64,000 nucleotides of DNA from Lytechinus pictus. Taxonomy: Eukaryota. Under the pieces are notes generated by a model. That model did not search any database and had not been told where the DNA came from. It saw nothing but the letters and a program-made list of their open reading frames with translations. The translations under genes were made by a program, and so were the position numbers. Below, one piece after another: positions 51,050 through 64,000 of the stretch. The stretch is from positions 5,084,001 through 5,148,000 of the forward strand of contig NC_087248.1 of NCBI RefSeq assembly GCF_037042905.1, in the 5' to 3' direction. Positions within the stretch are counted from its first letter, which is position 1. Each line of letters opens with the position of its first letter.

Positions 51050-51436
51050 CCTGGGGGGGGGGGTTTACTTAGATTTGGTTTGGACGGGGATGTGCGGCTG
51101 AAAGTTCAAAACCCATACCCATATTTACGGGTCATTTCGGCTAAAAAGGTACCCATTATTAAGGATTTATTAAAATTTGACAAGCAAGAAAAAAAAGAGG
51201 TTATCACCCAAAATTGGAGGAGAATATATAGACCCATGTTTAAGCCCAGTGTCTAAAAATTAGGGCCATGGACCCATGTTTAAGGCCAGTATTTGAAAAT
51301 TGGGGCCATGTTTAGGGATTTTCCAGCATAAAACCATACCCCATGTTTAGGGATTTCTTCCAAAAAAGCGACCCATTCCAGCGGCACCTCCTCGTACATG
51401 TATGCCTTATTTCGTGAGTACCCCCTCCCCCCGGGG
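51050..51436. mobile_element. Poly-G-ended MITE
   Basis: CCTGGGGGGG...TACT / AGTACCCC..CCCGGGG ends and internal CCCATGTTTA repeats. Confidence 0.5.
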
Positions 51437-52529
51437 TTTTACATCGCTTGACTGAGCTTGTGAAGAGCGTGCCAGTGCAGTGGAATGTGGGGGGATCACA
51501 GGGAGCTGGTGGAGGCATCCCCCCTCATATGCACAACGCGGAAACTTCGATCACAAGGCCTACATTTTGTTTCAAATGCAGCAAGATTTGATTTACAAGC
51601 TTGTGTGTAATTGTGTTTGATATTGAAGCAATAAAGTGGGTACTTAACACTTACTATTTCCATTTTGATTATTCAGTATATTTATTTTCAGCTTTTTGAA
51701 GTGACAAGTATTTGGATGTTCCAAGGCTCTATTGCTTCCTGATATAGCTAATAAAGTTTAGAAAAGTGTGTATTAATCAATTTGCAGATTACCGGCACGT
51801 CAAGTGCATTTATTGCAGTTGTACATGTACATTACATGGGAGTGTTTGTTCATGTAAACTTGAACAAAGTGTAATGAATACTCTGACAAACTTTTTTTTT
51901 TATTAATAGGTAAAGACTGATCAGGAAGTGTTATTGTATATCTCTTCCTGTCTGTTCAAAGTTGTTTGGTGACCTCAGTCTGAAGTGGGGAGTGGGTCTG
52001 TATGGGATGTGTGATGACTGTGACATAGCATATATGTAGGCCACAAGTATTTGCAGTGTCCTTTGACTCCTTCATTGTTTTTTATATAAACTTTGATACA
52101 ATGCTGAGTTCATATTCAGAAAGCCCACACTGTACATGTATTCACAGGTGAATGGTATGATCAGAATTTATCAATATCACATGATGCTGATACAAGGGAA
52201 AAATAAATTATAAGGTTAATTCCATATTAACATGTTCATATGATGTTTAATTGGTGATTCTCATGTTTCATTTCGATTTGGGTCCATTTAAGACCACTGC
52301 ACATACATGTACTACAACAGGTCTATGATTCAATTTTGGAAGTTAAATGTGAAATATTTCTTTTGAGGTTCTCAATAATTGGAAAGATATCTACAAGTAT
52401 ACTGTAGTAAATGTACAGTATTTCAACTACATGTACATGTATACTTATGAATCCTCCCTGATGATGATGATTCAGAATTTTGGATCATTGGATGTTGTTC
52501 CCTGTTCCAATTCATTTAAATCAACACTA

Positions 52530-52888
52530 GGCGGTGCTGCACCAGCCCAAGTTTGCTCGATCTCGAGATTCAAGAAACCCCGTTTCTACCATCGCAAGAA
52601 GAGCGATTCCTGCTCGAGCGAGGCATCGATGCATTATGGTTTGACGCCGTGAATAAATATTCCTGAGTGCGTCTGCACCTGCGAATTAGCAGGATAATTC
52701 ATAAAATAGCACGATATTTTGCAAATAATCCCAAGTTGACTTGGGATTTCAATCTCGAGATTAATCCAGCGAACTAGCATGATAATTGCGTCTCCATTAC
52801 AAAAAATCTCGAGATTGGTCAGATCGGGACAATTTGCCAGATCAGAAATAGCTCGCTAATTTGAAAACTCTGGCTGGTGCAGACGGCC
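52530..52888. mobile_element. Harbinger-like MITE
   Basis: TIR GGCGGTGCTGCACCAGCC / GGCTGGTGCAGACGGCC; 3-bp TSD CTA; internal ATCTCGAGAT palindromes. Confidence 0.7.
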
Positions 52889-55800
52889 CTAATGTATTCA
52901 AGTTGCTGTCCAACGTATTGGTGGTTGGGCAAGGTTTATCTTGACACATTCAAGCCCACACTTCTGTACTGCATGTTTGCATTTTTCATTCTATTTTTAA
53001 AATGATGCAATCCATACAAGTTTCAAACTGCTCCTTCTGAATATTTTAATATTCATAAAATTTGTAAAATTTGAATCAGCTACTATATGGTTGAATCCAT
53101 ATTATTTGACTTTTTGAAAAATATTTTTGTCTTTCTGTATATTCAGGGAATAATTTTCATTTGGCTCCATTGCGTAAAATTTAATGTTTTAGTAACTTTG
53201 CCATCCAATGTCATCATACATGTACATAGAACTGTCATCCGTGATTTTGATTGGCTGTTGAGCATGGTTGCCATGGTTGTTAGCATTGAATGACCAAAGT
53301 TACCATATGCAACACAATCCAAACACAAATCGCATCGCATTATGCTTGACATTTTGAAAGATAAAGACTGTTACTAAAGAAGTCTTTTGTGTAGCAGATT
53401 TTCACATAAATGTATGACACTAATGACCAAAATGCTATTCAAATTTGTTTAAAAAAATCATTTTCCGATATTAAATTTTTAAAATGGGAAATAATTAGAA
53501 CCTTTACATGTACATGTATGTTCATGTATACATGTACATGTAGACTCATGGTATCCAAACAAACAAAGGAAATTGTATTGAGAGTGGGGATTGGAAGTCT
53601 ACATGTATGATAGGAAGTAGGCCAATGTGCTTGGCTAAGGTTGAACGCACTCTGTTGCCATGGTAGCAAATAATAACTGATTTTTTTTTTCTCAATCGTT
53701 TATGAAATATTAAATAATTTTTTTGGGAGTTTCCACTAAATTACTCATGGTGATTAAAGACATTTCGAGCTTGAAATTAAGTTTGTTACAAGCAATTGAT
53801 TAGGATATTCATGTAACTGTACTAAACTTCAAAATTGTGTACAAATTCTGAGTTATAAATGCTTTTTAGAAATCTTTTGTAATGTGTATGAATGTACATG
53901 TACATTGTACTTCATCTCTCTAACATTTTTTTATTCCAAACAGACCCCTTGTGACTTGCTTAGATGATTGACTGTTTTTTTCTTCCATCCATCCATTTTA
54001 TTTTTGTTTGTGTGTGTGTGTGGGGGGGGGGGGCGCTTGTCAAATTAAGAAAAAGTGGGAACCCCTCCCTCTTGTAAATTATGGATCTGCCCCTGACATG
54101 GAAAACAATCATGCTGAGCTTATCCACTGACTCATCATCTAATGTGGTCAGGAAATCAACCTACAGTTTCATAATATCATTTCATAATGACATGGAAATG
54201 GACCTCCATTATCTTGTAAATGGAGATACTGATATCATTAATGATACTTCCTCTACTCTTTTTTTTTACTATCAAATTTTCAATCTTTGTCTGAAATGAA
54301 TTGACTATTGAAATGAAATATGGTTGATGATGTTTCATGAATAGTATACATGTACATGCTCTCCAAGATATTGAAACACTGTAATGACAGGCTCAACTAC
54401 AATGTACATTGGTATATCATACAGTATGACATTTCAGCTCTGTGACATTACATTTCAAAAATTAGTATTATGTGTCAATGTACTGTACATTGATACATCA
54501 TGTACATCTACTATCTAGCCAGGGAAGGGGGAAAGGGGTATTGCTTTCCAAGAGACATGAAATGGTGAATGTCTTATTTTTAAATGTAGATGTTTTCGAA
54601 AAATCTTGATTAGGCAGTGCCATGGCTGAGTGGTGTACGGTGCCTGCACACACGTTTGTAGGTATCGGGTTCAAAACCTGGACAGGGCACTGTGTAGTCT
54701 GTACCCCGGAGCAGTGTTTTGTATAAACATTGCTGTTTAATAATGTCTTTCTGATGGTGACATCAGATACATAATCATGTTGATAGTGGATAGGCCCATA
54801 CTATGTAGCCTACAAGTACGTCTGTAAAATCTCCTTCCCCATAACACACACTTGATTTGAGGAGGAAAAATGTTTGCTTGAATGCAAACCTAACCCACTC
54901 CAGTCTCTCTTTCTGTTACTCTCGTTTCCTCCATCCATCTGTAACACCCTTCATCCATGCACCATCCATCCCCTTCTTCAGTCTCAAAGCTGAAGAAAAG
55001 AGATATTGCTGGAAATCAATATGTAACACTTGCCCAAGTCATTGATGCATACAGCCAAGCTCCCATCTAAGCTCATAATAACTCTATATGGAGTTGAAAT
55101 GTAATTACTGTAAACCATCTTCCACATCCTTGCATTTCATTTTTTTTCAGATTCAGAGTTTGTACAGTGTACATGTATATGTACTATATACTAATGTGTT
55201 ATGGGTAAAAAAGGCCTGAGTGTACAATGTACATGTACATATAGAAGTAGCATAACAGCTTGTACATGTACATGTACTGTATTTAATACTGTAGTCTTTA
55301 TTCATATCATTGAGCTGGTCTAATAATCCCTTAAAAAAAATGCTCAATAGGTATTTCATGAAAACATGGATACCACGTGAAGAATGTGAAAAGCATACCG
55401 GTAGGCAATATGTGGATGAACAGGAACATACCCTGAAATGGAAGAACTTAAACTCTGGCTATTTTTCCTGCTGTTTTTTGTTGATTCCAACTTTAATACC
55501 ATTGATTTGTACATATTGTAAAGTCTTTACAAGGGTTATTTGTCAATTTTCAGGGGATATTTTGAATGTTTTTGGAAAGGTTATTAAATGCCTCTCATCT
55601 CCATGTATTTTATGTTGCTGTTCTGTTTTATAGCTGTACCTTTGAATCATATTGTCGTGCTCAGGAACTGGAAACTGTCTCTTGAAAAATGAAAATTGTA
55701 CAGACAAGTTGACATTATTAGAAGTTACATGTACAAGTGAATTGTGACAGTTACCATGGTAAAAAGAGATGGGGTCAGAATACAATGAAGTTTCAAATTA

Positions 55801-56088
55801 AACTTTTCTAGGATGTGATGATTAAATTATAAAGTAGGCCTATGTTTGTAATGTATTTTGAAATACATTTTGTAGTAAGTAGCATTGTACAAGGGCATTT
55901 GTAAGAATTACACATGTACACAAACAAGGTACATTATATTTACAGTACAATGTACATTTGTTGAAATTGGCCAAGGCATATTACAAAATATACATACATG
56001 TAGGGGTTGAATTACACTGGTGCCCAAACAAAATGATATTATGCATTACATGTAGGCCTATTTCTTTTATAATTATTATTTGTTTTGA

Positions 56089-56424
56089 GTCACCTGTGCC
56101 TGGGAGGGGAAAAGTTAACTGAATCACTGTGACCCGCAGGTCTCTCCTCCCGATATAACCGATTGGGGGATTGCAGGTGGACCACTACACCGGGGTTTCC
56201 CCCTGCTCTTATACAAATAGTGCAGTGACTCTTCTCTACACAGGGCCTCCATTTAACGTCCTATCCGAGGGATTGAGTATTTTCCACTGTAGCATAGCCT
56301 GCATCTATGGAACAGGGGAGAGACGTTAACACACAACACACTGGCTTCAGTCATCCGCCTGGGGTGGACTCGAACCCACGATCTTTGGTTCAACAGGCAG
56401 ATGCTTTATCAACTGAGCCAACTT
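56089..56424 (-). mobile_element. tRNA-derived SINE (Meta-domain-like)
   Basis: Minus-strand head TGGCTCAGTTGATAAAGC..GGGTTCGAGTCC; core CTCGGATAGGACGTTAAATGGAGGCC; A/T-rich tail. Confidence 0.75.
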
Positions 56425-57498
56425 CGCTCTTGATGTTGGATCCTATTGATAACCATCCACATCTCAAAACCATTCATGACTGGCACATATACTGTACTTT
56501 TGAGCCCTCATCAACAGCCATTTCTTATGTACATCGGAAGTTGCTCTCAAATAGAAATTAAAAACACCTGAGGTAGTCAAAAGCAACAAATGAAACAAGA
56601 AAGATCAGAGACGAACTCCTCAGGATACTGTCTTTTGTGTTTATCTTAGGCCTTAGCAAACAAAAGAACAAAATTCCTTTCATGACACATAAGTACTCCA
56701 ACTACTATTTGCTCAACCTACCCCTCGTTACATGTACACGTTGATGAACCGTAATACAACGTTGACAATACTGTCTGCTCCAATAACTACCCATCTGCCT
56801 GTTAGGACTTCATTACAGTATCTTGTGCTCATTAGGTTGGTTTCACATACCAACCCTACACAACCGGTCTTAAATTGACCCAGTACAACGTCTCTTCAGT
56901 TAAGCCTTTTCTACGAATCATCGTGTGAGGAAAATGGCATTTTAATGGCATTGTATGGAACACCATTGAAATGAAATAACTTGCATACTATTTATTGTTG
57001 TGTTTGTTGTGAATGAGCTCATCGAACATTGATCAGTGATGTACATGTAGACATGTTCATATATACATGTACCAGGTGCTTCAAACAATGCAGTTGTTCA
57101 TTAATGATGAGTAAAAAGAAAATCCTGTCAAAAAATTTCATTTTCTCTTGTTAAAAAATATTTTATTGTGATGAATTACATGAAATTTACATTGCAATTA
57201 ATTAATGAATAAATGATACTATATGATAATGCAACTTTATATGAAGCACTTATAAATTCAACCTGCAGGATATACAGATGTACAATGTTCTCAAGTTGAA
57301 ATTGTCATACTGTGTCATGTCATGTGTTCTCAAACAAAAAATTATATTGTATCATTTATCAACAGATGTTTTGCCTCTGTGCCATCTTTTACAATTGTTT
57401 AGAAAGGTATACGTGTACTGTACAATAGATTTATTTTCACTGTACTATTTAATAGTTTTCATTTTTAGTAATTTATTTTTTTCTGCCTTTTCTTACAG

Positions 57499-57579
57499 AC
57501 AAGCGATGTATCTGTATTTGAAACCAATATTCGATTCGTTGGAGGATTGTTATCTATCTACGCTCTCACACACGATGAG
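57499..57579 (+). CDS. MAN1A: GH47 alpha-1,2-mannosidase exon 3 (not in frame in the ORF track); the gene continues past the window
   Basis: TCTTACAG| acceptor; TSDVSVFETNIRFVGGLLSIYALTHDE contains the GH47 VFE catalytic motif; donor GAG|GTAAGC; 81 nt, phase 0. Confidence 0.93.
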
Positions 57580-60500
57580 GTAAGCAATGATAAATAATAG
57601 AGGTAGTACATTCATGTATGTACAGTGTGCCTCTATGGCTAAAGCAGGAGGGGGGGTCTAGACAGTTGCTCATCTTTGGAAACTTTGAGCATCATCCTTT
57701 CTTTTTTCATTTCCCCAGTCCCCACTGACAACTTAATTGTTTAATGTGCATAGGATTTATACATGGCCAAAGCAGTTCCAGTAGTAATTGAGTTAAAATA
57801 GACCTGCAGCCTTGCATGTGTGTTAAGTACGTATAATCTGAAATATTATGGTTTATGTAACATTTAAATGTCTAGGGATTTTTCACAAGTAATCATTGTG
57901 AATTGGCACATTTTTGTTTTAATTTTTGCTTTTCAAGATCTTGGATTATAAAAGAAAGTTTTTATAGAATCCTAATATTCTGGAAAGACTTCCACATTAA
58001 AAATGATTCCACAAACTTATATAAGGTATCAGTTGAGAGTTTTCATTTTATAAAAGCAAGTATATGTAGATTTTTCTGCATTTCTTTCTTTCCTTTGCAT
58101 TTCTAAAAGTCAAATTATACCCCCTCTCACAGTGAGCTACTTGCCGTTTTGTAGCCCTTTTGAAAAAATGCTAGAAATGGGAAATTTGTTTATTTAAAGT
58201 TCTCCATGAGGATTATTACCTGCTCGTGGAACAGCTACATAACTGCAAGTTTTGATCATTTTACGTAGCTTGGTTTACTGTGATTTACTGGGATGACACT
58301 TCAAAAAAATGCCTTAATTCAGATATTGCAGACTTTTTCAATTCATTTTGTGCCATAGAACACACTTTTAATGCAGGATAGGGGTCATTCAAGATGATTT
58401 TTATCCAGCCTATCCTTTAACCTATTTGCAACATTTATGTCGAAGCTTCACTTGCATTCTATTTGAGAGTTGAGACCTTGACTTGTTTGTGAAATGAATC
58501 GTCTGTGCTTCCTTCAGCTTTTACCCCAAGGTTGGGTCTTGTTTCTCCCATTAGAGTTCATTCAAGCTATTACCCAAATCACTTTATGCATACAAATGCA
58601 TTCAAACTCTAAATTTTTTATTAAAAGGTAATGTGACAAAAAGCAAATAATAGAACTGTACAGCATATTAGAAAAATCAGTACCTCATCATTAAGAGTTA
58701 CAATTGATTATTTATTGAGCACTTATTCAAGGTTGATCTCAGTTGTTCACAAAATAAGAGTTGTGATCAAAAGCAATTTTGTGAATAATAATATCGCTTG
58801 CAAAGTTTATTTATAATTATAAGATGTCAAGATCGATGGAACAATGGAAGTATCGTCTAAAAAATTGGAATATCATTTTTTTATCCCAAGTCATTGTAGT
58901 CTTTATATATGCAAACAACATATGTTGTGATCTTGATTGCATTCAAGCAACAATAATTTTACTGTAGTTTGAAAAAATTACTTTAAACCTAGTTGCATAA
59001 GCATTTCTTTTCATCTGGCATGAAAATTCTTGTCTTTCAAAACACAAGTTGTGTCGAAAATAGAATCAGAACAGAAATGAATTTCTTGGTATGGTAGGAA
59101 ATGTGTAGTAATGTAAGTGATTTTTCCTATTCAAAGAAAATGACATCTTTCAAAACCCCAAGTTGTGTTTTTAAAAAATGGAATCAGAACAAAAGAGACC
59201 ATGCTGGTACATGTAGGAAACGTTTATTCATTTATTCAAACTGCAATAGTGCATGTATTTGATAATTTACTCCATGGTACTCACATGTACTAGAGCTCAG
59301 TGACCAATTTATCTTTACAATAAAAAAAACAGTGTTGAGCAAACTACATTCGAACAAAATATTGCAAGCCTGCAACCAAATCTGTCAATTTTATGCTAAA
59401 GTCATCAAATTGGCAATTGGCAATGGTTTCAAAATTCACTGGATGTTGTCTGTATATCCTGTCATCAAGCCTTCTTAATGGCCAATATAGGATCATATAT
59501 TTCCATGGTTCACAAGTAATGGTGAGTTACATTCAGGGATGGTGCTTTGGGGGCAGGTGTTTGGGGGGGGCAGGAGGCCCTTTTTAGATGTAGAAAATAT
59601 GTTTTCAAGTGACTGAAAAATGTTAATGCCGAGGGGAAAAGAGGAGATAAGGAGGGAAAATGAAGAATGAAGAGTAAAAGTAATGGTCAGGTCATACGAT
59701 GTGCAGTTCGAACTAAAATAATCCTATTTCATTATTTATAAAAGAGTGACAATCTCTATATATCCTCTTTCCTATCCCCCATCATGATTTCTTGGTGCTC
59801 CCCCTCCCCCCTCAGTCCATCCACAATACCTGAATTGTAACAACTGCCTTGATGAATTTGATCAATTCTTTCAAACTAACAAGCGACAGATAACCTCACT
59901 AGATATCATATTCAATTTAAATGATTACACTATTTTTAGCTTGCAGAATATATGATGCAGTTTATAATTAAAGAGAGAGAGATATAAAATCTTATTAAAA
60001 GTATAACTGACAGATCTTTAGACCCCAGTCCTACATGTATACACACACAGACTGGGGACTTTCCAGATTTAAAGTGATTAACAATTCCGTGTTTGGAGCA
60101 TGCTAAATGCAATGAGCCATTAAACATCTTGTGCAAATGTGTACATATTGCATGGCTGTGGCATGAATTGACATGGATTTGATCAATATTTTAAAATGAA
60201 ATTAAAATTTATTTTGTAAATAATTGATGAAAAGACTAATCATAGTACAGCATGTTGAACTTGTCACTTTTGGTAAAGGATATAACCTGTCATTGATTAG
60301 GATGGGTTTTTTCTTTTGTAAGTTTATTTTTGATGTATTTTTCAATTGATACAGCACTCTTTGATAATTTTTAGCACCTGTATGTAAATGTCCAGTAACT
60401 CCAGTCTTATTGAATTCATCTTGTAGTTCAACATTCAGGAGTCCAAGTGTTAATGAACTTGTAACCTGATTGGTCAATTTATCTGATAGATAATTCTGTA

Positions 60501-60875
60501 TTTACCTCATTTGCTTTATGTTTCCTGACCAATGGATATTTACACAGATGAAATCATCCAGGCTCATTAAATATGAAATCAGAATAAAGATATTTCCCAT
60601 ATTCTGTGAACAAGCAGGATGCAACTAATTCATGTAGTATCACTGCATGCATGATTTGCAGAAAACATGCTGGCTTCAATTCTTTTCAATGTCTTGCACC
60701 ACATCTTTGGAACACATTCCCTCCAACTCTTTGAAACATTTCCTCTTGAGATGTATTAAAAAAATATGTGAAAACATGTAATCATTGATTTCAACTTGTT
60801 ATGTACCAAGCACTGTTATTACTACTTTATAAATAAAATCAATAAGTACTATCTTTCTGAGCTAATAAATTCATA

Positions 60876-61185
60876 GGCCCGTATTCTGAAGTCGGGTTTA
60901 ACTTAAACTCAGGTTTAAAGTTGTGGTTTAGTATGGGAAGCCAAAAGTATCAATTTTTTTTTATTAAGTTGTATGTTTCTTCTGTTTACTGTGCTCTTTC
61001 CTGATTCATTGATGGTGAAGACAATAATTTTTCATACCTCCTAGACAATTATGAATGATTTGAGAGCCAATGAGCTGAAATATGATATCTCTATTGTTAG
61101 TGATTTATGTAACAATTGGCTGTCCATACTTAAACCACAACTTTAAACCTAAGTCTAGCTTAAACCCGACTTCAGAATACGGGTC
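60876..61185. mobile_element. MITE with ~60-bp TIRs
   Basis: GGCCCGTATTCTGAAGTCGGGTTTAA / TTAAACCCGACTTCAGAATACGGGTC; ATA on both flanks. Confidence 0.8.
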
Positions 61186-63685
61186 ATAGGATTCTAAATA
61201 AAGAGTCAAAGAACATTAATTTCAGCAAATTAATACTTCTTTACCTTATTTCTTTGTTAATATTGTGCTTTTATTTCCCTTGGACACTAGATACTAAAGG
61301 AAGTACATGTTTGTGTATGAGCACTGTATGCCTTTTTCATATTAAAGAAAACAAAGCGAAGGTGGTTTTAGTCATAACAGGAAAGCATGGCTTCTGTTCA
61401 TTTCCCATTACCACTATTGGATGCTGATGCTCTCTACGGCCCATTGACATTGGCTTTGCTTCTAGGTAACAGACAATTCAGTGATTGGAAATGTCAGTTT
61501 GGAAGTCACTTCCAATCCTGCCTGTCTTCAACCAATCCATATTACTCCTGATTAATTATTAAAGGTTTATTTTTTGAAAGCTCTTGGGAAAAGCCTTCTC
61601 GGCACAAGTATAACTCATGAGCAATCTGTGCAATGGGAAAAAGACAGTGCGAAAATGTACCGAGAAATAGGCCGTGGTTCATGTATATCTAAAAAAAACC
61701 AGGCTGCATGCATGTCACAAAGCTTAACAAGTGATTGTAAAGTGATTTTTTTTATTTTTATGATTGATTGCATTGACCACAATTTATTGTGTAATCAATC
61801 TTGAAAATCAGTTGGTGCAATCGCTCACTAAAGCTGTGTGTTACAGAGCACGGGTAGATTTCACCATGCCCTACTCTAATGTAATATTGAATTATTAAAA
61901 CAATTTTTGCTTTGAATGTTAAACAATCCATGCAGTAGTTTGATACATTCTATGAAAGCATGAACTTAAACTCCAATTTGAGAAACAATCCGGTTTATTT
62001 CTATTTTGGATGATGTGTATAGAGATGTAATTCCACATTAGCTTTTAATAGCAGATACATGTACTGTACAACGTAGAATGTACAGAAGTGTACTCCAATG
62101 ATAAATCAAAACTTTTCTAAACATAGTCGTTGATGTGCAGGTTCTTCTAGTGTAAACAGGGTGTTACTGTTATGGATGATGATGGTACAGATATGGGTTA
62201 AACTAGCACCTTGTGATAGTTTGACAAATGACCTGTATAGAGTTTATGAGATACGTCTCCTATCTTTCATTTGCTCATATCAGCGTTGTTGTAAACACAG
62301 ACCAATTTTGCAGAGAGATGTGATATGATACCAGTTCAGATTGAAATATTGGTTGGCTGAATTGAAAATCAAATTTGAAATTTCCATCAATCTAAACATT
62401 TAAAACTTTTTCTTCCTTTTTTGTGTGCAAAGAACGAAACAAATTTGTTATTGATAGATATTTGCTTCGCAAATTCTCATTCATTAGCAAAGTCCATATT
62501 TTATACTTTTAAAAATGATATTGCACATTAATATGACAAATATGGCAGTTTTAAAATGCCTATCATGTACAGTATAAAATAAATGAATATGCACATGGAT
62601 ATTTCTTCATGACACTTCCACAAAAGAAAGTGCATGGAAAGAATAACATGATATTGGTTTGCTTGACAACAGTAAGCCTGGCAACGTTATGATGTCAGAA
62701 GATAAATATGATATTTTGGCGTAAAGTGAGTCAATCTATCATGTATATGTTTCAGCTGGCTTGCCTGAATAAATATTGGAGCTGACTGCTAAAGCACCTC
62801 CCTTATGATGAAGATGTGTGCAGAAAGATTGAGAAAGAAAAAAGAGAGAGAGGGTTCAGGAGGAAGAGTATTTGTGTGGTGGAGGTAGTAACACAAAAAT
62901 GTGATAGCTTTAGCAACTTCTCGTTTTCATCTCACTCTCATTGTTTGCTTGCCATCTCTCTCTCCATCTGTGTGCCTATCTCTCATGCTCATTTCGCATG
63001 TTCTTACTGTCCGTTCAAATCTTTCTCTCACTCTGGTAGTTTTCTTGGAAGTGCTTGAAAGCACCTTAACTTCTTTGAATCACTATTACCTGTTTCAACC
63101 AGAGAACAATAGATTTGGTCCACTAGCTGATTCTATTGTTCTCTGGCCGAAACAGGTAATAGTGAGTCAAAGAACTGTGACTGGTAGTGTATCTATGCTA
63201 GAAATTTTTTAATAGAACATATATTTTTACTGGTGGGTACATTAGCACTGGCTCTATTTTCATGATTTTTTTTAAAATAACTTAAAAAACAATATGTACA
63301 TAAATAATTGAAGTGGTAATTTAAGCAGCAAGGCTAATTTCAAATGTTTATGAATATTTACCACTAAAAGTAACCATACAATTGTAAAACATTGGGGATA
63401 TCCAATTACCATGGCTATTAACCTGTATTAAAGGCATCTGATCCTTTCTAGAATTATGTTAATCAGGCATATGAAATTATTGTGGTGGAGACGAGACGAG
63501 AGACCCGCGTGGTTGCGGTAGATAAAAGTGGAATAGTGGAGGTGGTTCTCAGTCATGCAGAACATTGCTTCAACTAAACTTGGTCAGAATACATTTTCCA
63601 TTTACTGCATGAATGGTTTTATCTTTATTTGCTGAAAAAAAAAGCATTGAACATTATACATATTCTGTCCACTTACAGCTTTAAT

Positions 63686-63907
63686 CACTGGTGAATCCAG
63701 GGGAGGGGGGGCAGAGCCGGCCCTTGCCCCCCCCCCCCCCCCTTTGAGAGGCACAATTAAAATTTGTAATGTAAAAATGCCGTTAAAACAGAAGTGTGCC
63801 CCCCCCCTTTTGATAGTGAAGACCTTTTGCTTCTCAAATATTTTCATGGACGAAATGTCCTTACATGTATGTGCCCTCGCTTTTGGAAAATCCTGGATCT
63901 GCCCCTG
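63686..63907. mobile_element. hAT-like MITE (family of 18776-19090)
   Basis: Perfect 8-bp TSD GCTTTAAT; ends CACTGGTGAATCCAG / CTGGATCTGCCCCTG. Confidence 0.82.
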
Positions 63908-64000
63908 GCTTTAATTATATGTATTTTCTAATTTATACAATGCAGTAGGTACAGTATGTATTGGCCTATGTAGACCTTATGCTCTTCAGCGCTTACAATA

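Noticed and set aside
57580-64000. Next mannosidase exon (expected ..LLPAF.TP.GIP..)
   Set aside because: Not found by eye; probably beyond the window end.

Overview
AT-rich, repeat-dense eukaryotic (metazoan) genomic window with four N-gaps. The repeat style (TTAA-flanked palindromic MITEs, tRNA-derived SINEs, poly-G-ended MITEs) suggests an invertebrate deuterostome such as a sea urchin; that is an inference. Supported genes: an intronless ELOVL6/ELOVL3-type fatty-acid elongase (3323-4126, -); an orphan two-TM protein in two exons (14136-14764 + 16159-16324, +), preceded by a tandem partial duplicate encoding a 77-aa ORF with the same conserved N-terminal motif (13194-13427); a RING-less TRIM-like B-box/coiled-coil/beta-propeller gene (35303-37018, +); and the first three coding exons of a Golgi GH47 alpha-1,2-mannosidase (MAN1A-like; 42641-43243, 46671-46886, 57499-57579, +), which runs beyond the window. 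Most other ORFs in the track are repeat or gap artefacts. Best second-look items: the microprotein/2-TM paralogue pair, a minimal Penelope-type hammerhead ribozyme in a MAN1A intron, apparent TA>TACATGTA transposon footprints in introns, a hAT-type element carrying a copy of DNA from upstream of the TRIM-like gene, and a foldback/Mutator-like family whose TIRs are 15-bp minisatellite arrays. All coordinates were read by eye and may be off by a few bases.
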